This document shows, in pieces, positions 12,462-25,439 of a stretch of DNA of 64,000 nucleotides. Source of the stretch: Adineta vaga (Eukaryota > Animalia > Rotifera); NCBI GenBank assembly GCA_021613535.1, contig CP075497.1, forward strand, positions 8,308,001 to 8,372,000, written 5' to 3'. Made by a program: the position numbers and the translations under genes. How positions within the stretch are numbered: the first letter of the stretch is position 1; every line of letters begins with the position of its first letter. The notes under the pieces are model-generated. The model had not been told where the DNA came from. It made no database searches and saw only the letters and a list, made by a program, of their open reading frames with translations.

Positions 12462-14240
12462 GTGGTGAATCGGAAATTATGATTTTTCTCTTCTAATTCA
12501 AAGTAGTTCTTTTTTTCGGTTGTAAGCAATGACTTTAGTTGAACTTCAATAAAAAGTTCTGGACTCATTGTTGGCGCTTAAAAAAAAGCGAAATTTCGAT
12601 GTTTATCGATATTCTAATCATATTTCTGGTGATTTTATCTAATTTATTCGAGAGGATTCCGTGTACCAGTGTCGATCTTATTCGATACCATGCACACCTA
12701 TGTCGATGCGGTGAAATTATTATTGACGAAGATCTTGCACGAACACTATATCATTATTTTGTTTTTATGAATACTGAAGAACGTCAAAATACAAATATTG
12801 TGCTATCAGTATTGTATTCGTTGAGACGTATTGAAATTGCATGTGAAACAGCATATTTAACTTCGGATAACGAAATGAAAAATCCTTCCTTGCTATTTAG
12901 TGGATTCAGATGGTTGAAATCAATATTTGAAACTTAGTTGTCTTTCGACCATATAACTATCAAGCAAAATGTATTATTATGAATTATTTTTTTCACATAC
13001 ATAAATATTTCATTTTATTCTATTTAATTTGTTCTTGATAGCAGTTGATCGAAAATAAGAATTTTTCTTCAATAATAGTATAGAACACTGTTTTCATTTT
13101 ATTATCAATGAAAAAAAAACACTTCGGTCTTAACTACAATAATGCATTTTCCAAGATAAATCCGATTCGCTGCAGTAACCACTATGAGATAATTGAAGTT
13201 TTATAACATCTCTAATTCAAACATCAAGTCACTACAATGATCATTTCAATTCACATTTCGATACAATAAACGATTAACTAAACAAAGGTTTAAATGTAAA
13301 TCCATTGATTATAACAATTCTCAGATGTATTCATTGAATATTCATTAACAAGTTTAATGTGAGTATCAAAATTCGATATTCCCAAACATCTTTCACGGAT
13401 TCATCTTTTAAATTTTTACGAAAGAATTTACAAATATATCTGTGTAGAAAAACCTTGTTTTTTTATATGCCTTTGAAAAACAACCTAGCGATAATAAATT
13501 GATTGATTAATATATGTATACTGGTATTTACGCCACTTTTTATATCTGATTCGATACCATTTCACTAGTATCAATCAGTCGTAAAGATCATTTTCGAATT
13601 TATGCTTTAGTTGCCGCGTTCATTACTCATAAATATTCTTCTTTTTCGGAATATTTTAAACTTTACTATGAAAAAGGAACAGTTTTATGCACTTGTAATC
13701 TTTTATCGATACTCATACGAAATTGAAGAACAGTACATTTTATTTTGAAATAACAAAAGCTATATCTTCAATAGACAAGAAGTTGATTATAATCGGCAAA
13801 CGAAATCTCGTTATGAAATAAAACAAAAAAAAAGAAAAAGGTTTGACAGAAAAGAATCTTTCAATGTGTTCACTTGATCATGCATTTTCGTTCCGATATA
13901 TAGTAATTCATGAGCAGCGAGATTAATCTACCTTTGATGGAAAAAATCGTATCAGTAAGTATATTATTGCAATATCAACTACTATCAATACAACCAAACA
14001 TTAATCTACAACCATCTGTTTTCATTCTCAACACAGAAAATCATCTATCCACGCTAACAGAATTGTTAACCTTTTTCAGTACTGAAAATAGATCCGTAGG
14101 TGTAGAAAAACGTCACAAAAAATAATCAATAAGGCGCAAGCAAAAACAGTTTTCTTATCAAGCATAGACAAATGCCTCTATTCCCATAATAGATAGATTA
14201 CGTCTTAACACGGCTACCATATTCCTCCCATATGAAATGC

Positions 14241-14247
14241 TATATAA
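14241..14247 (+). promoter_or_regulatory. TATA box of precursor copy 2
   Basis: TATATAA about 30 bp before an Inr-like TCATT at ~14272. Confidence 0.6.
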
Positions 14248-14324
14248 ACCCATGTAAATTCACTAGTTTTTTCATTCATACTCATCATATTTCAATTTCC
14301 TCTTCGAATAACAAGCTAACGACA

Positions 14325-15126
14325 ATGAAAGCTGCTCTTGCTATCATCTTCTTCGCCTGCATTGCTGGCTCAATGGCTGATGCCCGTCTCGAAATTGTTA
14401 ACCAACTCCTTGCTCAAGGTCAAGGTATTGCTCAAACAATCTTCCAACAACTTCAACAAACCATCCTTGCTACAATCCAAAGCGCTGTTAGCCAAATCTC
14501 AGCTGCCATTGGTGGACGATTCGACTTCTTAACCGACATCTTCAACAACTTCAAACCCATCCTTGAACAACTCGCTGGTCAAGCTCTCAGTCAAGTTCTC
14601 GGAAGCCTCTCAGGCATTCTCGGTATGTCATTATTTCTTTTCGCTTCTTTCACAATGACATTTCATCTGTGATGTATGTAGGTGGTGCTCGTATCGATCT
14701 TGGTGGTATCTTCAACGACTTCTGGACTGGAATCTCCACCCAAGTCACTGAACTCGGTCAACACTTCCTCAACCAAGGTTTAGCTGCTGTTCTCGGTGGA
14801 CTCGGCAGTCTCGGATCACGTGGTATTGGTGACATCTTTAGCTGTAAGTTGATCGATGTTGTTGTGAAGAGAAGTGATCTTGATTGTAAATATTTGTGTA
14901 TTTTGTAGCAATCTCAGCAAGCATTGCCACCGCTGTTGCTGGTGCTCAATCCGCTCTCTCTGGTGCTCTTGGTGGATTACAAACCCTCGGTAGCCAAATC
15001 CTCGATGCTTCCAAACCACACTGGGAACAACTCCAAGAACAACTTGTTGGTCATGGCCTCAACGTTCTCGGATCACTCTCCGAAACCATCAACAACGTTC
15101 ATGGATCAATCGTCGGTGGTAATTAA
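14325..15126 (+). CDS. Secreted amphipathic-helix repeat precursor, copy 2
   Basis: Same 802-bp span, same intron positions, few substitutions versus copy 1. Confidence 0.88.
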
Positions 15127-16854
15127 AAGGTGTCAACGCAGTCTATGCTCTTATGATTTATTGATGAAATAAATAATTGTGTGTAAAAACACAAAAGAAA
15201 CCCTGCTCTTCATTTGTTCTACCACTAATTCTTTAAGCTATGACGATGGATAAAAGTATCGAGGAACTTGCAGAGTTTATTTTTAGTTTTTCTAAATGTA
15301 CAGTTTGATCGTCGTGTACAGTATAATGCGATAGTGTATATAGGGATTTATTATGCGAGATATTTGAGTATATATCTATATAACATTACAAGGTGAATCC
15401 TATTTTTTTGTTTTGAAGATCGTAAGTGTTTCTTTATATAGATTGCAACATGACGAATCAATTTATGGTGATGAATATTAATAGTATCGACATAATGTTG
15501 TTATGATCGAATAGGAATATTGCATTGCACTATAGTGAAATCTCTCAACTGTACAGATCGTTTGTTATGTAGAAGCATTTAGTACTAATGGTTCATTTAT
15601 AAAGTGTTTTAATGAGAAAAAAACAGTTGTGTACTCATTATTTCTACTCTGTTGTTAGATACATGTCTGATTCGCAATTTATTTTCTCACGTTTTATTAT
15701 TTAATTAGTCGTGTTCCAGTTGTTTTGACATGCTTGTGGTAAAGAAAACCCGAAAAAGTATCTTGATATCGATTCTTATTCAAATAAACGATGGATCACT
15801 ACTATCAACATACGTTGATGTAACCGTTGAGACTGCCAATGTTTGAATATTTATTTAATAAGTCAAACGTCTCATTTAGTTAGTTAATAAATACTGAAGC
15901 TCATTTAAGAGATGGAACTATATATAAACACAAGTAATAGTACAGGTGAAGGTTAGCAATGAAAGAACAAAATGATGAAAACAGTAATCATTTCATTCAA
16001 ATATATTTTTTTAGCATCAACTTATAAATTATTGAGATACATATCTTATATACTAGGAAAGGAAAATTCACAAAAAGTGAAAGAAGTCAAAGAATATCGG
16101 AAAAAATGTTCATAAGAAAGATGATATATGACGATACATTGTTTTCATAAACAATTAACTGTTTGTAAAAAAGTACCGATGACTAACAAAAGTGCTCAGC
16201 GTTGTTGGAGTAACTCTTGTTATCAAGACGACAATTCTCTAAGTAATACAAAAAAGAAATTTCTACTCTCGTTTGATCATTATTGATCTTGAAGATCTAT
16301 ACGTAAATATTATCTATGACACTTGGATCCTTAATTCGGTCTGGGCTATTGTTGCCAATGTTCTGACCCACATGTTCAGTGTCATCTGCATCAATACCTA
16401 AGTCTCAAAGGAAAAAATCAAAAGAAAGATGTAGATCAGTGTGAATTTCTGAAGTCACGCTCACTAAACAAGAGATATAAGATTTGAATGAAACGAAACA
16501 AGCGTGGAGTTCGATAAACGTTTGATGTGATGCAACAGAGAATTCAAACACTCCTTCTATCACGTAACTGCATCCCCAACTACACTACATTTATGTCCTT
16601 AATAATAATCAAGAAAAAAACCTAGGCAGCATTTGTCGTTATTCTCAAAACGGAAAAAAAAGTTTATTTCTACTGATAACTTTCATTCTTCTCCTTCTTT
16701 TCTAATCAACTAGCACAACAAAGACGTAGGTGTTTGATTACAATACAGAATTCGGGCAAAATCAATCTTCTTATCAACAAATATTAGCAAATGCCAATAT
16801 TCTCATCCCATGTTTTTGTGCCCTATGAATACTAGCAGTATGTTTTGAAAAATG

Positions 16855-16861
16855 TATATAA
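16855..16861 (+). promoter_or_regulatory. TATA box of precursor copy 3
   Basis: TATATAA 84 bp upstream of the ATG, same spacing as copy 2. Confidence 0.6.
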
Positions 16862-16938
16862 GGCGTAGTTGATTCACTAGTTTTTTCATTCATACTCATC
16901 ATATTTCAATTTCCTCTTCGAATAACAAGCTAACGACA

Positions 16939-17740
16939 ATGAAAGCTGCTCTTGCTATCATCTTCTTCGCCTGCATTGCTGGCTCAATGGCTGATGCCCG
17001 TCTCGAAATTGTTAACCAACTCCTTGCTCAAGGTCAAGGTATTGCTCAAACAATCTTCCAACAACTCCAACAAACCATCCTTGCTACAATCCAAAGCGCT
17101 GTTAGCCAAATCTCAGCTGCCATTGGTGGACGATTCGACTTCTTAACTGACATCTTCAACAACTTCAAACCCATCCTTGAACAACTCGCTGGTCAAGCTC
17201 TCAGTCAAGTTCTCGGAAGCCTCTCAGGCATTCTCGGTACGCCATCATTTCTTTTCGCTTCTTTCACAATGACATTTCATCTGTGATGTATGTAGGTGGT
17301 GCTCGTATCAATATCGGTGGTATCTTCAACGACTTCTGGACTGGAATCTCCACCCAAGTCACTGAACTCGGTCAACACTTCCTCAACCAAGGTTTAGCTG
17401 CTGTTCTCGGTGGACTCGGCAGTCTCGGATCACGTGGTATTGGTGACATCTTTAGCTGTAAGTTGATCGGTGTTGTTGTGAAGAGAAGTGATCTTGATTG
17501 TAAATATTTGTGTATTTTGTAGCAATCTCAGCAAGCATTGCCACCGCTGTTGCTGGTGCTCAATCCGCTCTCTCTGGTGCTCTTGGTGGATTACAAGCCC
17601 TCGGTGGTCAACTCCTCGATGCTTCCAAACCACACTGGGAACAACTCCAAGAACAACTTGTTGGTCATGGCCTCAACGTTCTCGGATCACTCTCCGAAAC
17701 CATCAACAACGTTCATGGATCAATCGTCGGTGGTAATTAA
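16939..17740 (+). CDS. Secreted amphipathic-helix repeat precursor, copy 3
   Basis: Same 802-bp span and intron positions as copies 1 and 2. Confidence 0.88.
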
Positions 17741-19251
17741 ATGTTGATGAGTTTGTAACCGTCAATTTTATGATTGAATAAAAATATATTTGAAAAAACG
17801 TAAAGAAAAGCTTTTTTGGCTGCTATAATTACAAGAGGAAGAAAGAAATCTATGTGCAACATAGTTGTCGAATAACAGCGTTGCCTACAGTTGAACTATC
17901 GTTTTTGCTAATAACTATCTGTATTGTTAAGAATCTGATTTAATGAAGACAAAACTCACTGATACATAGTTATCGTTTTAGAGAATGAGTTTCTGAAAAG
18001 AAGGCATACTTCATAATTATTTTTGTGGTTATGTATTGTATGAGAAGTTTAAAAATTACTGCTTTGATGACTATGAATTGTTTAGAATCGTTGAATAGCA
18101 CTGATCACATGTGATTATTTTGCAATCACAGTCATTGATATTTTCTAATGTATGATTGATGCTGAGATATATATTCCTAGGTTTTGCATTAGTTGTCGAA
18201 TGTGAGTGAGGGAAAGTGATCTTAAAGGGATGATCACAAAATCGGCCCTTATATCCAATCAAGACTTTCTTTTGATTTCGTTTTAATAACAAAATATCAT
18301 TCGAGTGCGTAGCTAATCTTCCCTCTCCGTATAACGTTTTTCATCGAATCAAGATGTTATGTTGATGAAATCGTAGTCTTTGGATTTTGTCACTTATCAT
18401 TCGATTGAAGAATTCTTTTTGTTGTCTAATTTATGAATACTACTAGAAAGTAAATGACAAATAGATCAAGGTCTATAGGAGTTACTATTCAATACGAACA
18501 AGAATCGATAAAGTTGTATCACCTTTTTTTACAAGAATGAGTTTATCATAGCATTGGCAATAATTTGGAAAATATTCCAGAAGAAATTCAGAATTATGAA
18601 AAATAGTAATTAAGTATTGACATTCTAAGGAATTAGTTGGATCCAATGATTAGTTTAAATATTTATCAGCCACACTTGTTCAAACTATATGAACAAATTC
18701 TGATGTACATGAAAGAAATGTTCGAATATCATTCGGATTGAAATTCTCCTTATCTGAGATTATTATTTGATGAATCAGGTGTAAAAGAATTTAGCCAATT
18801 GTATACGAGTTCAATATTTTTAAATTTCAAGAATAAAACTTATTTCAACTGACATATATTGTTTTTGTTCAACTATTTTGATTGAATCAGTTGGTGTTGC
18901 TACTCTAATATAGAAAAATATCGATTATTTCTCTTTTTTTTGCTTTCCTAGTAAATAGTAATTCTTTTATTATTCGATTGTACAAACGTGGCTGAATGAA
19001 TACGTAATCGAAGAAATGCTCTACGAATTATGATTGTAAATTTACTTTGAATGTCTATATACTTCTTTCTACATTCTAAATCTGTGATTTTATTATTTGA
19101 ATAAATTGTTTACTATCACAGTACAATTTTCTTTTTATTGATCTATCTAAATCATGGAATAGTAGTAACTAAGAGAATTTAATTAAAATATATAATATCT
19201 ATCCCTACAATTTTATTAATCGTAAATTCGCAAAAAAAAACAGAGAACATT

Positions 19252-19797
19252 TTATGTTGATTGTTCGCAAGGAGTCTCTTGATCACTGAATGGATCAGTT
19301 TTGAAGATTAACGTACATTGTTTCGCGTGAAATCGTTTAGTATTTTCAGTTAAATTTCGTGCCCAATTTTCACAAGCTCGTTTTTTCATACGATATTCTT
19401 GCGCTTTTAATTCAGCATAATCAGCTAAATCACGTGTTAATTTAGTTAGAAGGTCTGCTTCGTGATCGAACATACCACCATTTAATATACAATTATAAGT
19501 TTGAGCCCACTCATTTAGTTCAATGATATGTAAACAAAAAATATAAACCACCGGTTCAATTGTATTTTCTGCTATAAATGGAACAAGTGTTTGTGCGTGT
19601 TTACCTTGAACAATACAGAAGAGTTTTTTATGTTTAACTGTATCTACAAATCGACGACATTGTTCAACATCATGATATAAATATATACTTGTTGTATTAT
19701 TTTCGAACTCTTCCTTAAGTTTACGACAATTTTCATGCCGACAAATATGTTCATCAAGCCACAATAAAACTACATTACTTCCAGCTACTTGTTCCAT
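19252..19797 (-). CDS. Stand-alone receiver-like (pseudo-REC) domain protein with coiled-coil tail, intronless, 181 aa
   Basis: VVLLWLD...YHDVEQCRRFV...LFCIVQG...VVYIFC...WA...GMFDHEADLL pattern, resembling the N-terminal alpha/beta module of bdelloid TPR/ART proteins. Confidence 0.65.
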   Translation of the reverse strand: MEQVAGSNVVLLWLDEHICRHENCRKLKEEFENNTTSIYLYHDVEQCRRFVDTVKHKKLFCIVQGKHAQTLVPFIAENTIEPVVYIFCLHIIELNEWAQTYNCILNGGMFDHEADLLTKLTRDLADYAELKAQEYRMKKRACENWARNLTENTKRFHAKQCTLIFKTDPFSDQETPCEQST

Positions 19798-21103
19798 CGT
19801 TGCAATTTAGATAATATTAAAACAGAAGTAAGAGTAATATATGTTTTTATTTTACAGAAGAAATAAAGAAAAACATATCATTTGATTGGAAAGCACTCTA
19901 AGTACGCTTCCAGAATGTATTTGATTAAGTGGTTTTGTAAAGTATCGACATCTATGGACAGATATTTCACCTTAATATTGAAGAGTCACTTTTCAATCGA
20001 AAAGTACTAACGAGGTGTATCAACACACATACAGATACTTATAGTCATATCAAACTATTTTCTTTGATAACATAATACTTGATGTGGATAAATTCGATGT
20101 AAGGTCTTGTAAACTCCATTACGTTGTACAGCTCATTCAAGAACTACTATCCCTTTTCAGACATCTGAATCGTCACTCAAATCAAGATTATGATTTCTAA
20201 TTACGACCTTTTTTTATCTTATAAGAAAACGTTTTCCTCGATTAGATTCGCTTTACTTCAAATCTATGTTTGATACGAACTAGAAATATTGATAGAAGAA
20301 ACGAGATGAAAACATATGGATAGAACAATGAATATAGTTTCCAATATTCATGCACTGTTGTCAGCTCAACCAATAGATAAAATGTCTAAAAATAATCTAA
20401 CTGAACTATTGTTTAAAATATTCATGCAAAAACCACAATTTATATAAGTTTCTAGCCATAGATGTCCTATCGTATATATTATTCTTTCTGAAATCATATA
20501 CTGGAAAGAAATGAATCGACCACATGTTAAAACAAGGAGTGATGAGATAGAGGTATAAACACGTGTTTTCCTATAGGAAACAATGGATAAGATTAGCGAA
20601 TATGGCTGTACCCACATTAAGAACAACATTTCAGACAAAAAAAGAATGTAAATAGATCTGAGACATAAGACGAACGAGAACTCTATATCTTCTTCTAAAG
20701 TCTCCCTCTTCGCCCTGGTCACGTCTTGATTTCAAAACATTTACAAAATCTTTTTAATCAGCAAAAATTCAGTATAAAATCCAATACAAGATCATTTCAT
20801 TCTACTTTTTATTTTCTACATCATACTATTTTATAAAACTTATGAAATGTCAAGAGTTAAAATGGTCAGTCAGTTGAAATACTCTCTATGAATATAACCA
20901 ATAGATGGGGTTGAGTATCAGTTAAAGATATATATTGGTATCGTAGAAATGATCATCCAATAGGATTCAAGAAGAGGTTTTATTATTATTTTATTTAGAC
21001 TGTATACATACAAAAAAAGGCTCAGATGGACGATTGATTCATTTGACAAACAAACATTGCAAACTACAGTTCTATAATATTCGATTGTATTTTAGATTAT
21101 CAA

Positions 21104-22310
<1,207 letters not shown>

Positions 22311-22440
22311 TGCATAAAACTTTCCTTTTTATTATCAAATAAACTCGAAAGAGACTAACATATAGGCGGTTGTCTTTTCCTTTCTTTTTTTTCTGCTCTT
22401 TTGTTATCTTCAATTTGATTCTTTGATCTTTTAGATAAAT

Positions 22441-23489
22441 ATGTTTAATATAAATTATTCTGCAAAAATCAAGGAAGCTGAAGATCATGTAAAACAAGGT
22501 GAAAAACATTTGAAAACATCATTGACAAAATGGAAGCCAGATATTGATTCCGCTATTGATGAATTCGATAAAGCATGTACATGTTATCGAATTGCAGAAA
22601 AATATGAACTTTGTCGAGATTTATCAATACGATTAGCAGAATTACAAATACAAAAAGGAAGTACATTTTTCGCAGGAAAATCTTATGAACAAGTAGCACA
22701 AATGACTCAACAATTACAAGATTTACCAACAGCTGCAAAATATTATGATAAAGCAGGACAATTATATATTGAAGGAGGTAAAATAGAATTAGAATTTAAA
22801 AATGAATAGTCAGAAATTTTCTTTGTTTAGGTCAAAGAGATTCTGCTGCAATACTTTATGAACGTTGTGCGACACAATTTCAACAGTTTGATCGTACAAT
22901 AGCGATTGATTTTTATTTGAAAGGCGCTCGTCTAGCTGAACAAGATGATAAAGCTTATCAAGCTGCTGATTTATACGAAAAAGCTGCCATGCAAATTCTT
23001 CGAACAGGAGATTATCCGAAAACAACGGAATTACTTGAATTAGTAACGAATATTTTAACAAATATGGAACGTTATGATCGTATTAATCGTATTATACTCT
23101 ATCGAGTATTATTGAAATTATTCAATGATGATAGTGTTGCTGGAAGAAATGTATTTGATCAAGCGTGTCGAGATTATCCGACATTTGATCAATGGGAAGA
23201 ACGAGATCATATTGATGCATTAATCGATGCTTTTGATCAAGATGATAAAGAATTAATCAGTAGACGTTGTCGAGTAAGGTTTATTTTTTTAATTAATAAA
23301 TTGTTATGGATATTTTTCTTCTAGAAACCATATTTTATGGCAATTGAACCAGAATTTGTTCGTTTAATCAAACGTTGGATTCTTCCGGACACGAAGAAAG
23401 AAGAAAATCAACAACAAACTACAACTTCATCATCAACTTCTGGTGTTAAACCTATGCAGTTTGATGATGATGAAAATGATTTACGTTAG
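22441..23489 (+). CDS. NAPG: Gamma-soluble NSF attachment protein
   Basis: EAEDHVKQGEKHLKTSLTKWKPDIDSAIDEFDKA, FFAGKSYEQ, acidic C-terminus DDDENDLR*. Confidence 0.88.
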
Positions 23490-23668
23490 ATAGTCACATT
23501 TCCATATTGTCTTGTCTGTATTTGTCAAATAGTTCTCTCTTTTTTTATGAATATTTCTTAGATATTTTTTAATGTTGTTTTGTGCAATGATCTGTAAACG
23601 CGATATTTATTTTATTTATTTATGTATTGAATATAAATATATATATATATAAGCAACATTTTTATGTA

Positions 23669-23797
23669 AGGTGCATGCAATGCAAAAGTCGAGTGAAATT
23701 TATTTTCGTTTTTGTTGCACATGATTTGGGTGTGGGTGGATGGGGTGATGGTACGTGTGGGGGCCCAGCTATACTCCTAACCCACACCCACACCCTC
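23669..23797 (+). mobile_element. Truncated left end of the TIR element family at 28802-30308, joined to G-rich/C-rich TGTGGG-like motifs
   Basis: TA|AGGTGCATGCAATGCAAAAGTCGAGTGAAATTTATTTTCG... matches the first ~59 bp of the 28802 TIR. CCCACACCCACACCCTC (23781-23797) is also at 29543-29559. Confidence 0.85.
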
Positions 23798-24402
23798 AAG
23801 CTTGACAAAGATCGAATGAAGATAAATATGTAAATATAATGAAGAAAAGTTCATTTGGTAAGGATTCAAATGTATTTTTGATCATCGCTGTTTTTTCCAA
23901 TCTATTCAATGATTAGACACAAATTTTTGTACCATAGATATGCGAATGAACATTGACTGAAGAAAGAATATGTCAAAGTTGACCAATCATGTTGGTTATT
24001 CGACGTCCATGACGGCGCGCTATATGTTCATGTTGAAAATATTATAGGCATACTTATTCAAAAAAAGAAGATGAAGAAAATTCCTACACATTTCTTATTC
24101 TTTAAAGAATAAAATAATTGATTGGTTTTGTAGATTAATTTTATATCATATTCAAAATTGATATAAAAGTTTATTCATATTTGAATGAAAAAATATAAAA
24201 AAATCTTTTACTTTATAGATGATCAAGTGATAAAAAATTTATCTTTGTTATGAAATGAATGTAACGATATTTTTCATCTTGAAATTCAATTAATATTAAA
24301 CGTCTGAAAATTCATTATTATTGTATTCTATTTCACTGATATGGATGAGTTTGATAGTGAAGCGAAGACAGATTTTATTTTGGAATAAACAAAAATCATT
24401 AG

Positions 24403-24650
24403 TTATTGTCTTCGTTTGAGAAATTCAAGAAAAATTTCCTTGGCATCTGTCGTCGGATGATTTGAAGGATCGACTTTCTGATGAATTTCAAGTACTTTTT
24501 TGTAGTATAAAAGTGCTCTCAAATATTCGCCAATTGTATCATATAATAAGCCAATGTTATTATAAGAAGTAGCCAGTTCACGATGATTAGAAGGAAGTAT
24601 CTTTTCATCAGTTGCTAAATCTTTTTCATAGAAAAAAAATAAGATTTTCG
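24403..24650 (-). pseudogene. Isolated TPR (kinesin-light-chain-type) fragment
   Basis: LPSNHRELATSYNNIGLLYDTIGEYLRALLYYKKVLEIHQKVDPSNHP; only about 1.5 repeats, flanked by degenerate sequence. Confidence 0.7.
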
Positions 24651-25439
24651 CATCTCCACCTTTGTTTTCATATACGGAAACCAACAGTAGCATAAGTAGC
24701 ACTTAAAACATAGTTCATGATTTACTTGTACATGAATGTGATCCTTCATTTAAGTTTCATGATAATAATCTTCCTGATGAAATATGTGAAGATATAAATA
24801 ATCAAATTGAACCCATTGTGTATCAAGTATTGTAACTGGTTGGGTAGTTGATGGTGATCATGTAATTATTTAAAATATAATTAAAAGATTAAAAAGATAA
24901 ACCATCTCTTGTCGAATATTATGTAAGTTAAAATAACACTCGATGGACTTAATCTTATTGTTTATGTTTAGTTTAGACCTGATGAAGAAATGAATGAGAA
25001 GAAAGATAATACACGAACAAATGATGTTATACTTGTGGAAGATTGAAAGAAATATTCGATTGATAGTAATAAGCTAATGTTCTCTTTTTTTGTATGCATA
25101 AAATAAAACGAACTTCAAAAAAAAAAGATATTTATATAATAATAATCTTTCATTGTCATTCTAAAATTCATGCATTAATTCCATTGTGTTAGATATTGGA
25201 TTAATTGATGGAAAATAAAATAACTTTCGTTGTTGCTTTTGATGAAGCTTTACAGTAGTAATAATGTTTTATTATATTTATATTATTATATGAACAGTCA
25301 GTAAATGCGGAGATTGCAACAAAGAGTTTATTTCTGCTAAATCCTTTTCCATATAAGAAAAAAAACCTATCGAAACTAACCTACTAATTTTTCAAAAAAA
25401 AATCAAGTTTTATTTAAAACCTATTACACGAATAAATTC

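Noticed and set aside
12539-12937. 132-aa ORF downstream of precursor copy 1
   Set aside because: TTG start and no recognisable domain; may be a decayed exon but cannot be supported.
11673-17747. Alternative-frame and antisense ORFs over the triplicated gene (MLSSSSP..., MPPLLL..., MVWKHR...)
   Set aside because: Shadow ORFs caused by the biased, stop-poor codon usage of the real frame.
18290-18830. Degenerate coding-like sequence (e.g. DPMISLNIYQPHLFKLYEQIL)
   Set aside because: Many stops and no identifiable family; too weak to call a pseudogene.
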